Of a DNA stretch of 64,000 bases, positions 19,249-28,115 are shown piece after piece (position 1 is the stretch's first letter; each line of letters begins with the position of its first letter). The translations under genes and the position numbers were made by a program. Source of the stretch: Acidimicrobiia bacterium UBA4744 (GTDB lineage Bacteria > Actinomycetota > Acidimicrobiia > Spongiisociales > UBA4744); the NCBI GenBank assembly GCA_002403855.1, contig DHIO01000022.1, positions 38-64,037 of the forward strand, given 5' to 3'. Under the pieces are notes generated by a model. It saw only the letters and a program-made list of their open reading frames with translations, was not told where the DNA came from and did no database searches.

Positions 19249-19404
19249 CTAGGCCGGCTCAATCATGCGGATGGCGCCTTCCGTGCAGACGTGCACACAC
19301 AAGGAACAGCCGTCGCACTTATCGGCCAGGAACACCGGATACATCCACAGAACTGACGGCAAGAAGGTCCTTCCACGCCCTTTCGACCGGATCGTGGGCG
19401 GCAT
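19249..19404 (-). CDS. 51-aa ORF with a single 4Fe-4S ferredoxin-type Cys motif (possible remnant of a dihydropyrimidine dehydrogenase or ferredoxin gene)
   Basis: MPPTIRSKGRGRTFLPSVLWMYPVFLADKCDGCSLCVHVCTEGAIRMIEPA* carries a CxxCxxCxxxC motif with the usual CP replaced by CT. It ends 42 nt upstream of the CN-hydrolase fragment. It is not in the ORF track because it is under 60 aa. Confidence 0.3.
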   Translation of the reverse strand: MPPTIRSKGRGRTFLPSVLWMYPVFLADKCDGCSLCVHVCTEGAIRMIEPA

Positions 19405-19628
19405 TGCCGATGACGGTGACGGTCACGGCCACCTCCGATGATCGGACCTACTCACACTAACCGTCGGATACGAGCGGTTGCCGAGCGAGCGGTTCCTTCC
19501 CGTGTGTGACGGATGGGTGGTGGCGATTGCACGGCATAGTGCTCGTCATCCCTCTCGCGTGAAGGGCGCGCTCTCCAAACCGGAGGGCGAGTTTCACTAA
19601 CCTCGAACCAACCCATCAGGGAGGGGCT

Positions 19629-20018
19629 TTGGAACACACGCCGGCGGAAGGAATCAGTTGGGTTGCGGCGGGCGATGAACACTTCACGGGAACGGTCTTC
19701 TTCGGCCCGTTGTCGGCGGCTCTGGACCGCTCCCTCTACGCTCTCGGTGTTCTGTTCGAGCCCGGAGCACGGACCGATTGGCACACCCATCCCGACGGCC
19801 AGGTTCTCTACATCACGTCTGGTGCCGGCAAGGTACAGACGGACGATGGGGAAACGGTGCGGGTGTCGGCCGGGGACGTCGTGTTCTCACCGGCCGGGGA
19901 GAAGCACTGGCACGGGGCAACCGAGACCAGCCACATGATGCACCTCTCGCTTACAACCGGTGGAGCGACGGAATGGCTCACCCAGAAGGTGAGTGACGAG
20001 GACTACCGGCGCGGTTGA
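19629..20018 (+). CDS. Cupin (cupin_2) domain protein
   Basis: 129 aa beta-barrel signature GARTDWHTHPDGQVLYITSGAG...VVFSPAGEKHWHGA with two His-containing cupin motifs. Confidence 0.75.
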   Translation: MEHTPAEGISWVAAGDEHFTGTVFFGPLSAALDRSLYALGVLFEPGARTDWHTHPDGQVLYITSGAGKVQTDDGETVRVSAGDVVFSPAGEKHWHGATETSHMMHLSLTTGGATEWLTQKVSDEDYRRG

Positions 20019-20251
20019 TACCGGTAACAGAGCCGGCGGGCATCGGTCGGACCACCCGGAAGACGCTCCAGGACGCCGATCCTTCTCGCACCGGGTGGAC
20101 GAAAGAGTCCGAAGCGGTTGTCGTGCACGAGTGATCCCGTTTCAGACGCTCCGGCCGACCCTGCAAGTGGTCCGCATGGTCACAAAGATCACGTGGGCTT
20201 GCGGCACCGGCAAATACGCGACGCCGACCGCTCGTTGCACCTGCCACTCCG

Positions 20252-21403
20252 ATGGGTGTGCTACCTTCGCAGCCCGTGACGAGCCTTGCAGCAACTCTGC
20301 GACGATACCGACTGTTGACCCGGGGAGTATTCACGAATCGGGACGGCCCCGATCTCGCCCATCTACGTGCGATCGAGGACCCCGAAGAGTTCGTGTGGGC
20401 CATCCTGCCTCACGCCGCGAGGAGTTTCGCCGCCAGCATCCTGACGCTCCCTTCGGGCAAGGCCCGAGTCGCCGCGGTGGCCTATCTGTACTGCCGCATG
20501 CTCGATACGATCGAGGATCTTCATCCCGACGCTGCTTCACGTCCGGACCTGCTGACCGAGTTCGGTCGCCGGTTGACAGACGACCCGCCGCCTCCGGTCA
20601 CTCCTATCCCCGACCGCTGGGCGCGGGACGATCGCGATCGAGCCCACCTTCTCCTCGTGGCGCGGTGTGGACTGGTCGATGAGGTCTTCGGCTCGCTGTC
20701 TCCTCCGGATCGCGACAACATCTGCACCCTGGTGTCGGCAATGGCGAAAGGAATGGCCCGGTCCTCCCGGCAATTCGACCGGCAGGGAGGGGTGCTGACC
20801 TCCGACGAGCAGCTATTGGCCTATTGCGACGCGGTCATCGGCGAGCCGGCGTTGTTCACCTTCAGGATGCTCGTCGACGTCCCAGTCGACGAGATGATCG
20901 AACGGGATGTGATGGCGGTGGCCGAGATGATTCAGCTGGCAAATATCACGCGGGACATCGACCGCGATCTCGAGCGCGGCATCGCCTACGACGCGTCTCT
21001 GAGTCCCTTCCTCGGCGGGTCGGAAAACGCGCAGAGGAAGAGAGTCGTCCGGGCGGCGCGGCAGCACATGGTCTATCTGGCGCTCTCGCGAGCTCCGGCC
21101 TACGGACGACTCGTCGAGATCGCCGGTTTCCGTCCGATCAGTGAAGCGCGGGGCGCGGCCGTCATGATGCTGCTGTTCACCGATCGCTACTACCGCTCGG
21201 CCATGGCCGCAATAGGATCCTCACCCTGGGAAGGCCCGAACCTCGTGTGGAGCCTCTATCTTTCCGCCGCCCTGGCTGCGGTTTCGCCGGCGTGGGCGCA
21301 ACGGGTCATCGCCCGGACCGAACGGAACTTTGTTCGGGCCGCACTCCGGATCGCAGACAACCCCACGGGGATCGAAATCCGGAGTGATACCGGACCCCGC
21401 TGA
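20252..21403 (+). CDS. Squalene/phytoene synthase family protein (head-to-head prenyl synthase, HpnC/HpnD/CrtB-like)
   Basis: First Asp-rich motif YLYCRMLDTIED and second NITRDIDRDLERG (cf. NILRDVGEDxxRGRxY). Length 383 aa. Confidence 0.75.
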   Translation: MGVLPSQPVTSLAATLRRYRLLTRGVFTNRDGPDLAHLRAIEDPEEFVWAILPHAARSFAASILTLPSGKARVAAVAYLYCRMLDTIEDLHPDAASRPDLLTEFGRRLTDDPPPPVTPIPDRWARDDRDRAHLLLVARCGLVDEVFGSLSPPDRDNICTLVSAMAKGMARSSRQFDRQGGVLTSDEQLLAYCDAVIGEPALFTFRMLVDVPVDEMIERDVMAVAEMIQLANITRDIDRDLERGIAYDASLSPFLGGSENAQRKRVVRAARQHMVYLALSRAPAYGRLVEIAGFRPISEARGAAVMMLLFTDRYYRSAMAAIGSSPWEGPNLVWSLYLSAALAAVSPAWAQRVIARTERNFVRAALRIADNPTGIEIRSDTGPR

Positions 21404-21455
21404 CAGCGGAACCGGATGTCCGGCGTGGGGGTGCAGGTCCGCGTGGTCGGTCGGG

Positions 21456-21644
21456 CTACTTCCTGACCCAAAAGGTGTAGCCGCAATGGGGACACTCCAT
21501 TTCCACCTCCACGCCGGTCCACCAGTTTCCTCTATGAGTCTTGCCGGTCTGGCGGTACGCTCTGACCGGCACGGACTCTCCGCAGCGGTCGCATGGTTTC
21601 GTTGTCACCCTCTGCCACCAGTCCCGCAGCCACTCCAGCATCAC
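21456..21644 (-). CDS. 62-aa zinc-ribbon protein (CxxC...CPHC), copy 1 of 2
   Basis: MMLEWLRDWWQRVTTKPCDRCGESVPVRAYRQTGKTHRGNWWTGVEVEMECPHCGYTFWVRK. A near-identical paralog lies at 38216..38407. Confidence 0.6.
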   Translation of the reverse strand: MMLEWLRDWWQRVTTKPCDRCGESVPVRAYRQTGKTHRGNWWTGVEVEMECPHCGYTFWVRK

Positions 21645-21776
21645 CGAAAACTACGCCTCGGAAAGCACTCGGTCAATTCTGTTGCGTGGCGGTTTCCGGC
21701 CCAGAAGAGACGTCCGGCCCTAGTTGGCGTCCCGCATCTCGCGATACGTTTGCGGCAGTCCTGAAGGGGATCAGAC

Positions 21777-22469
21777 GTGCGTCGACGAACACTGGTGGTG
21801 GTGGTCGCGTCGCTGCTCACGGTCGTTGCGGGGTGCACCGTCGGGTCGGGGAACATGACCACCGAGTCCCGTGATGTGAGCGGTTTCGATGAGATCGTGT
21901 TGATGACCAGCGGTGACGTCAACGTCGAGGTGACCGGCTCGGAATCGCTGGAGATCGACGCTGAGGACAACATCATCTCGCTCCTGACCAGCGAGGTGGT
22001 CGACGGCAGGCTCGAGCTGGGCTCGAGCGATGCCTTTTCGACCACTCGGAGAATCACCTACACGATCACCGCCGCCGAGCTGGTAGGGGTCACGGTTATG
22101 GGGTCGGGGGACGTGGACGCCTCTCGGGTCGACACCGACTTCTTCGAGGCCACCGTCACCGGTTCCGGGGACCTCAAACTCTCCCTAGCCTGCTCCCGCC
22201 TCGAGGCCACCGTCACCGGTTCCGGGAACATCAATCCTTCCGGCACGTGCGCCGATCTCGAAGTGACCATATCCGGGTCGGGGAAGTTCAACGGCGACGA
22301 CCTAGAGGCAGCCACCGCAGCGGTGACCGTGTCGGGCAGTGGCAACGCAGAAGTCAACGTTGCCGACGCCCTGGACGTGCGTATCAGCGGCTCGGGTGAC
22401 GTGCGATACAGCGGCGACCCGTCCGTCACCCAGGACGTCAGTGGATCCGGCGGCGTGTCGCAACGCTGA
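21777..22469 (+). CDS. DUF2807/DUF4097 (GIN-domain, putative adhesin-head-like) lipoprotein
   Basis: GTG start. Lipobox VVASLLTVVAGC is followed by a beta-helix-like repeating pattern (VTGSGDL, VTGSGNI, ISGSGKF, VSGSGNA, ISGSGDV). Confidence 0.7.
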   Translation: MRRRTLVVVVASLLTVVAGCTVGSGNMTTESRDVSGFDEIVLMTSGDVNVEVTGSESLEIDAEDNIISLLTSEVVDGRLELGSSDAFSTTRRITYTITAAELVGVTVMGSGDVDASRVDTDFFEATVTGSGDLKLSLACSRLEATVTGSGNINPSGTCADLEVTISGSGKFNGDDLEAATAAVTVSGSGNAEVNVADALDVRISGSGDVRYSGDPSVTQDVSGSGGVSQR

Positions 22470-22487
22470 CAACCAGCGAAAACCGCC

Positions 22488-23093
22488 TCAGGGCGCCGAC
22501 GATACTCTGCCGCCACCCGACGTATTCACGCGCATGCTTCCGCCGCAGCTTACCGTTAGGTCCGCCCCGTTGGTCACCTCGCCGCTCACCTCGCCCGTCA
22601 CGCAGACCGTTATCTGCGCGCCGTTGTCCCCGTCGACTTCCGCCGTAGCGGCCTCGAGGGCGCCGGCATCGAGTTGAGCGCCGTTGTTCACCGACAAAGC
22701 CACTTCCTCGACGGAACCCGTGACCTCGACTTGGGCGCCGTTGTTCACAGAGACATCCTTGAGAGCTGCCACCGTCCCCGCCACGTCGAAGCCCTGGGTC
22801 GGAGTGACCCCACCCATTCGATTGGACGTGACGGTCAGTTTGCCGCCCGACACTTTGGTAGTGAGGAACTCCTGAAGATTGGAGTCGGTCGTGACCTCGA
22901 GAACCACATCACCGGTAGCGGTGGGATCGACTGTGAGGTAAACCCGGACTCCGTTGTCGGCGTCGAGAGCGTCGAATTCCGAAACGGTGCGGGTCTCGGT
23001 CACTCCCTCGCCGTTGCCTTGGAGGGATGTGGAACCGTCGCAGGCGGCCAGCGCCAGCGCTCCCAGCAGAATCAAGAATGCCGTCCGTTTCAT
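22488..23093 (-). CDS. DUF2807/DUF4097 lipoprotein, paralog convergent with the previous gene
   Basis: ATG 23093 gives MKRTAFLILLGALALAAC| followed by repeated NNGAQ/VTGxV beta-solenoid units. The ORF-track start at 23354 adds an Arg-rich, unlikely leader. Confidence 0.7.
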   Translation of the reverse strand: MKRTAFLILLGALALAACDGSTSLQGNGEGVTETRTVSEFDALDADNGVRVYLTVDPTATGDVVLEVTTDSNLQEFLTTKVSGGKLTVTSNRMGGVTPTQGFDVAGTVAALKDVSVNNGAQVEVTGSVEEVALSVNNGAQLDAGALEAATAEVDGDNGAQITVCVTGEVSGEVTNGADLTVSCGGSMRVNTSGGGRVSSAP

Positions 23094-23401
23094 CGTCGGG
23101 GCTCCTTTTCGCTGCCGCTGTGTTTGAAACAAGGCAAGCCTACGCTTCGCGCTGCTGCACCGAGCCGACCCGGCACAGGCCCCGCACCGTCGGCGACGGT
23201 CGTCACCACCCCGACCAGGTTGTGATGAGGCATGATCACCAAGGGAGGACGGTGAAGGGCGGTCCGGGAGCTTGTCGACCGTCGGATGCGAACTCTCTCG
23301 ACGCGATCGACCGGTTCTTGCTCGTCCGCCCGAACGCCCCGCTCTCCCCCGCAATCGGCGTCCTCGCCGGGCCGGGCCGGCGGCCGGATACCATCAAGTC
23401 G

Positions 23402-23821
23402 ATGAACATCTATTTCGCCGCATCGATCCGCGGCGGTCGCCGCGATGAAGATATCTACCGTCGACTCATCGACGAGTTGCGGCACCACGGCGCGGTCCAG
23501 ACCGAGCAGGTGGCCCTTCCCGAGGACGAGGAACGGGGCATGACCGACCGGGAGATCCACGGGCGAGACATGGCGTGGCTGGAGGACGCGGACGTCATGG
23601 TCGCTGAGGTGACCACCCCCAGCCTCGGGGTGGGATATGAGCTCGCCAACGCGGAGCGGCTCGGGCTGGAGATCCTCTGCCTCTTCAGGCCGTCCTCGGG
23701 CAGAAGGCTATCGGCGATGGTGGCCGGGTCCCCTCGCATGAGAGTGGTTCCCTATGAGACAATTGCCGATGCCAAGGATGCTATCGCGGCCTTTCTGACC
23801 AGGCTGGACGGTGGCAAATAG
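23402..23821 (+). CDS. 2'-deoxynucleoside 5'-phosphate N-hydrolase (DNPH1/Rcl)-like protein, nucleoside 2-deoxyribosyltransferase fold
   Basis: Collinear with animal DNPH1: YFAASIRGGRRDEDIYRRLIDEL ~ YFCGSIRGGREDQALYARIVSRL; DMAWLEDADVMVAEVTTPSLGVGYELANA ~ DLNWLQQADVVVAEVTQPSLGVGYELGRA; ILCLFRPSSGRRLSAMVAG ~ ILCLFRPQSGRVLSAMIRG. ATG at 23402. Confidence 0.8.
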   Translation: MNIYFAASIRGGRRDEDIYRRLIDELRHHGAVQTEQVALPEDEERGMTDREIHGRDMAWLEDADVMVAEVTTPSLGVGYELANAERLGLEILCLFRPSSGRRLSAMVAGSPRMRVVPYETIADAKDAIAAFLTRLDGGK

Positions 23822-24322
23822 TCGGGCGGTTCTCCGAGGTTGGACGGGGACTGCTCTGGAGAACGCAGTGCCGGTTGAATCATGCCGATACCCCTTGCCA
23901 AACGGTCTTGTCCCTCTGTTGAGGGTGCGGCCCTGGATCAGATCTCTCCCCGCCGGGCTCGGGCGCCGGGTCCGGCATCGTCGATCTCGCGTCGCAACCG
24001 AGGCGACACGGTGCAACACGACGATGGATTCAATCCCCTTCGAGGAACCGTCACACGGCAGATGGGCGTTCGGCGGAACCGGTGAGGTGTGCCTTGAGGG
24101 CGACGAGTTCGTCGGCGGACGGCGGTCGGTTCGGATCGAGCCGGCGTTCCAGAGCTTCCTCGCAGCTGAGGTCGACCTCGGTACTACGGATAACGGCCAC
24201 GCAGACGACGGTGATCTCGATCTCGCTCAGTTCACCGTCCCCGGTGAACGCGGTTCCGCAGGGCTTCGGCATGCGAGAGGCCTCGATGGGCGGGTCCTCT
24301 GCGCCGGGAACTGAATTTCGCC

Positions 24323-25255
24323 CTACGAGCCGGTTGCCAGCGAGGTTTGCGCCACTACCCCAATCTCTTCCGGATCCCGGGCACCCAGCAGACTCATCCA
24401 GGTAATCGCCCCCGCCAGCACCAGAACCCCTACCCACTGAGAGAAGGTCAGGACCGCCCCAAATGCCAGGTAGTTGACCATCGCCGCCGACAGGGGGAAG
24501 GCCAGCTCGGCCACCGTCGCCGCCGAGGCGGGAGTGCGGGACAGCCCCCGGTAGTAGAGGAGCATCGCCCCCAACCCGGGCACCAGCGCCAGCACCACGA
24601 TGGCCAGAACATCCTGGCCGCCGGTCACCCCCACCGGGGCTCCCGGTTGCAGCAGCCAAATCAACCCGGCCACCGGCATGCCGATAGCGAACCGCCAGGC
24701 CGTCAACTCACGGAACTCCAGGCTGCCCGACATGCGACGACCCAGCACCGTCCCCATCCCCCATAGGGCGGCGGCCCCGACGGCCAGGAGGGCGGGCGCC
24801 AGCTGAGAGACCGACACCTGCAGAGGGTCGGGAAACGCAATGAGATAGGCGCCGCCCAAACCGGTGGCCAGGAACAGCCAAAAACGAGGCAGCAGCGCCT
24901 CGCCGAGAAGCAGTCGAGCACCCAGCACGGCGACCAGCGGTTGGAGTTTCTGGAGTAGGAGCGGAGTGTTGGGATCCCCGTAGGAGAAGGCGGCGGTGAA
25001 GAGGATTGTTGCGGTTGCCGAAGCTCCCGCACCAATCAGAACCAGGGCCACCCAATCGCCTACTCCCAGCCGCAGCACTTTTTGGTACGACCGGATCAGC
25101 CAGGGAGCCGTCACTACCACCAGCACCAGATGCTCGAAGAACACCACCGTCGCCGCCGGCAGCTCGAGAGCCAGACCACGCCGAAACAACGCATCGGTCC
25201 CCCATAGGGCGGCTGCCAGAGCCACCAGTGCAATCCCGGTCTTGCGTTGCGCCAT
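24323..25255 (-). CDS. DMT-superfamily (EamA-like) transporter
   Basis: 310 aa with ten TM helices in two EamA repeats (ALVALAAALWGTDALF ... LAPALLAVGAAALWGMGTVL). Confidence 0.8.
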   Translation of the reverse strand: MAQRKTGIALVALAAALWGTDALFRRGLALELPAATVVFFEHLVLVVVTAPWLIRSYQKVLRLGVGDWVALVLIGAGASATATILFTAAFSYGDPNTPLLLQKLQPLVAVLGARLLLGEALLPRFWLFLATGLGGAYLIAFPDPLQVSVSQLAPALLAVGAAALWGMGTVLGRRMSGSLEFRELTAWRFAIGMPVAGLIWLLQPGAPVGVTGGQDVLAIVVLALVPGLGAMLLYYRGLSRTPASAATVAELAFPLSAAMVNYLAFGAVLTFSQWVGVLVLAGAITWMSLLGARDPEEIGVVAQTSLATGS

Positions 25256-25380
25256 CGGTCCTCCAAAGAGAGCGCCAAGATAGCCGCTACCACGTACTGG
25301 CTTCGGCCGAGTGGTCCCGAACCTCGACCTGCTGCTCCACTACCGCAACGAAGCGGATGGCTCCACCGAGTCCGGCGGAA

Positions 25381-25857
25381 CTAAAGGATGGGCAAGACCG
25401 CGGCCAGAACGATGTATCCGATCCAGCCGATGGCCGAGGCCAGCACGGCCTGACCGGTCGATACGTCCAAACCCTCACGTACCGCGACAACCGTCGCCAC
25501 CAGGGCCCAGATTGCACCGATCCAGCCGAAGAACGGGATGATCCCCAGCACCCGCGGAGATTGCGCGAACCCGGTCACGCGCAGCATTTCGCCGTAGTCC
25601 GAGGTTCCTCCCATCAGGCGAACCCCAACCCAGTAGGTGATGCCCGCCCAGACCAGCCACCCGATGACCGCGCTGATGGCGCCGACGATGACCAGCCGGA
25701 AAAAGGACCCCTCCACGACGAACCAGACTCCCAGCGCCGACAGTACGGCGGCAATGAGGACGACGGCCGTGGCCTGGCCATTGAACTTCTCGTCTTCTTC
25801 GACCGTCGCGTAGAAACTCACGTCCAGTTTTGCGGCACGGATCATGTTCTGGATCAT
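25381..25857 (-). CDS. Yip1-domain-like integral membrane protein (hypothetical)
   Basis: 158 aa with five TM helices. The N-terminal soluble segment then multi-TM organisation resembles Yip1/DUF1282. Confidence 0.5.
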   Translation of the reverse strand: MIQNMIRAAKLDVSFYATVEEDEKFNGQATAVVLIAAVLSALGVWFVVEGSFFRLVIVGAISAVIGWLVWAGITYWVGVRLMGGTSDYGEMLRVTGFAQSPRVLGIIPFFGWIGAIWALVATVVAVREGLDVSTGQAVLASAIGWIGYIVLAAVLPIL

Positions 25858-25982
25858 TTCCTCTCCCTTCTTGTTCTCAGCCTATTCCGGCCGCTCTCTG
25901 GTGAGATGGATCGATCCCGGGTAGCCGACGATCAGCCGCGCCGGATCTCAAAGGAGCAGCGCCGGCATGACCCGGCAGGAAA

Positions 25983-26384
25983 TCAGTCCGATCCGAAAGG
26001 AACGAACCGGCGAGGCGGCGCAGGGTCGATGCCAATGCTCACGAGATACCGGCGTCGGGCCTGCTCGATCCTCTCCCACTCGGCGGCGTCCGCGTTGGTG
26101 ATGATCGCGTGGGGCCCTTCTCTCAAATCCTCGGGAATCCCCGGCTCGAATAGCCACCACGCCTCCGGCCTGCCCCACAGATCCCAGCGCTCGAGGAAGT
26201 GGTCGCGCACGGATCGCCAGGCGACCTCCGCTTCCTCCAGGGATCCGAAGGCATCCACCAGTTCATCTTGGCTGCCGAATGTGAACAGTCGAAAGTGATC
26301 GAAGGGGATCTCTCGCCGTTTCCGCAATGGCATGACCCCAGTATCACCCACCAGTTCACGTTGTGCGACGCGGATGCCCGCCAC
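25983..26384 (-). CDS. Hypothetical protein
   Basis: ORF with coherent codon usage. The start is uncertain; an internal MPLRKRREIPF is possible. No family recognised. Confidence 0.35.
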   Translation of the reverse strand: MAGIRVAQRELVGDTGVMPLRKRREIPFDHFRLFTFGSQDELVDAFGSLEEAEVAWRSVRDHFLERWDLWGRPEAWWLFEPGIPEDLREGPHAIITNADAAEWERIEQARRRYLVSIGIDPAPPRRFVPFGSD

Positions 26385-26472
26385 GAAGCCTCGGGTGGTG
26401 TCTCATCGAGTCCGGTTCCCAAGCGGGCGACGAAGCCGATTCTCGCCTTCCCGACTGCTCGTGGCAGCGGGC

Positions 26473-26850
26473 CTATTCGCGGCCCGACAGCGCTCTCACC
26501 ATGAATATGATCCCGACCACCACCAGGACCACCGCTCCGACGATTTCCCCGCCGAGGTCCACCACCGTGCCCAGGGCGACCAGGATGAATATCGCAGTCC
26601 ACACCCAATCCCACGTCGATGGGTTGGGCCAGCTGGAAGTTGTTCGATAGAGGTTCAGTCCGAGCGACCATGGGCCTACGCCGATGAATATCCAGGGCCA
26701 CCATTCGTTTGAGTCGCCGATCCGGGGCAGGATGTCCAGGTACTCTGCGCCGAGGGCCAGGCCGATCCAGATCAGCACGCCGGCCCACCAGATCGCATCC
26801 ATCCGCTTGCGTTCTGCGGCTTCTACCGTTGTGTCCTTCTGGTCCGTCAT
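26473..26850 (-). CDS. Hypothetical small membrane protein (W-rich, 3 TM)
   Basis: Start taken at MTDQKDTTVEAAE. TM segments are rich in Trp (IWWAGVLIWIGLALGAEY, WWPWIFIGVGPWSLGL). Confidence 0.5.
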   Translation of the reverse strand: MTDQKDTTVEAAERKRMDAIWWAGVLIWIGLALGAEYLDILPRIGDSNEWWPWIFIGVGPWSLGLNLYRTTSSWPNPSTWDWVWTAIFILVALGTVVDLGGEIVGAVVLVVVGIIFMVRALSGRE

Positions 26851-27120
26851 TCTTCCTCCCTCGTCGCCATCGTCGGCAAGAGGACCACCTACAACAGGAG
26901 ACATTGCTCGAAGTGGTGTGCTCTTCCTCGACCTCCAAGATGTCTTGTTCTGTTGACGATTGCCAGGGTCGAAGGTCCTTGGTGCCGCGGTTCACGCCTT
27001 GCGGCGATCCACCTCCGTGCACCGTTGCAGGCTTCACATAGATCTCGGGCACCCTCGTTCGCCGTCTCCAACGACCGATCTGGTCGCGGCTGTTGGCCGT
27101 CCCGGCCTCTAGCCGCGCAC

Positions 27121-27948
27121 CTATCCGGGCAGGACCGCTATCTGCCGTGATACTGCGATCAGCTGGCCGGAAGTGTCGCTGATCCAACCGTCCTCTTCGA
27201 CGTATCGCGGACCAGCATGGTCGGTACGGAAGCGAGCAGCCACGGGGCCCGCAGAAGGGCGGGCGTGGGTATGCACGGTCAACTCGATCGTCGGCAAGAG
27301 CCCGAGGTATTTGCCCGTGTTGAAGACCGACGGTGGCAGAGCATCGGCCACCAACGGCATGAGGGCTGTGGGGGATCCAAAAGGAAAGTCGAGCCAGCCA
27401 CTGATAACGGCTTCGCCGCGCGGTCGACCGGCGGCAAAGCCAATCTGGTCGGGATGGAGGCGGAGGTTCAGTCGATGAGCAATGGGGGGCGGCTCAAAGC
27501 CAAGCATGTCGTTGGTTCCGACACACTCCTCTGGCGACGGCATCGCGGGGAGGTCGAGGTCGACGATGGCGTCGCCCATCGTCTCGTCAAGATCGCCGAG
27601 CGAGGCAACCAGATGGGCCACCACTTCTGCGTTCTGTGTCAGCTGAGCTCGGGCCGTGGTGAGTCTACGCCCCGACCGGATGATCTCGGTCTCGATGACC
27701 GTCGCACCGGGGAGGGCCGGCCGTACGAAGTGAGCGGTCGACGTGATCGGATCAGGGCGCTCTGTGGCCGCAACGAGTGCGACCGCCATGACTGAGCTGA
27801 CCAGGCCGCCGTTGGGGATACCCATGAAGTCCCAACCTTCGGGAACGTCGGCGGTCCAGGTGCCGCCGTCCACGGCGGTGAGACCGATCAAATCGGCGAA
27901 ATCGGCGGCCATCACCGGAGTATGCGGCCGAAAGGGCGCAGACGCCAA
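27121..27948 (-). CDS. Thioesterase-like (acyl-CoA thioesterase II / double hot-dog) family protein
   Basis: About 265 aa with two hot-dog-like halves. GIPNGGLVSSVMAVA is typical of TesB-like thioesterases. An internal start MAADFADL at about 27912 is possible. Confidence 0.55.
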   Translation of the reverse strand: MASAPFRPHTPVMAADFADLIGLTAVDGGTWTADVPEGWDFMGIPNGGLVSSVMAVALVAATERPDPITSTAHFVRPALPGATVIETEIIRSGRRLTTARAQLTQNAEVVAHLVASLGDLDETMGDAIVDLDLPAMPSPEECVGTNDMLGFEPPPIAHRLNLRLHPDQIGFAAGRPRGEAVISGWLDFPFGSPTALMPLVADALPPSVFNTGKYLGLLPTIELTVHTHARPSAGPVAARFRTDHAGPRYVEEDGWISDTSGQLIAVSRQIAVLPG

Positions 27949-28115
27949 TCAGCGGGCGGATTCGTCGGCCGGTACAGGGAAAGCTGGAGCCCGGCTGTGA
28001 CGTGGGTCGCCCCGAAAGGAGCATCTGACTTCCGGCCCTAGACGACCTTTCCGTTCTGTGTTCTGGTTTTGAAGAAGCAGCCGATCTCGGCCATCCACAC
28101 CGGAGGAGGCGAGCA

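Noticed and set aside
23811-24659. ORFs 23811..24314 (+) and 24051..24659 (-) in the gap before the DMT transporter
   Set aside because: No recognisable domains. An internal roughly 96-aa piece (MDSIPFEEPSHGRW...) might be a small gene, but evidence is insufficient. It is left unannotated.
25006-27187. Long ORFs 25006..26298 (+, 430 aa) and 26123..27187 (-, 354 aa)
   Set aside because: They cross several better-supported genes on the opposite strand. They are highly basic and Pro/Arg-rich with no motifs.
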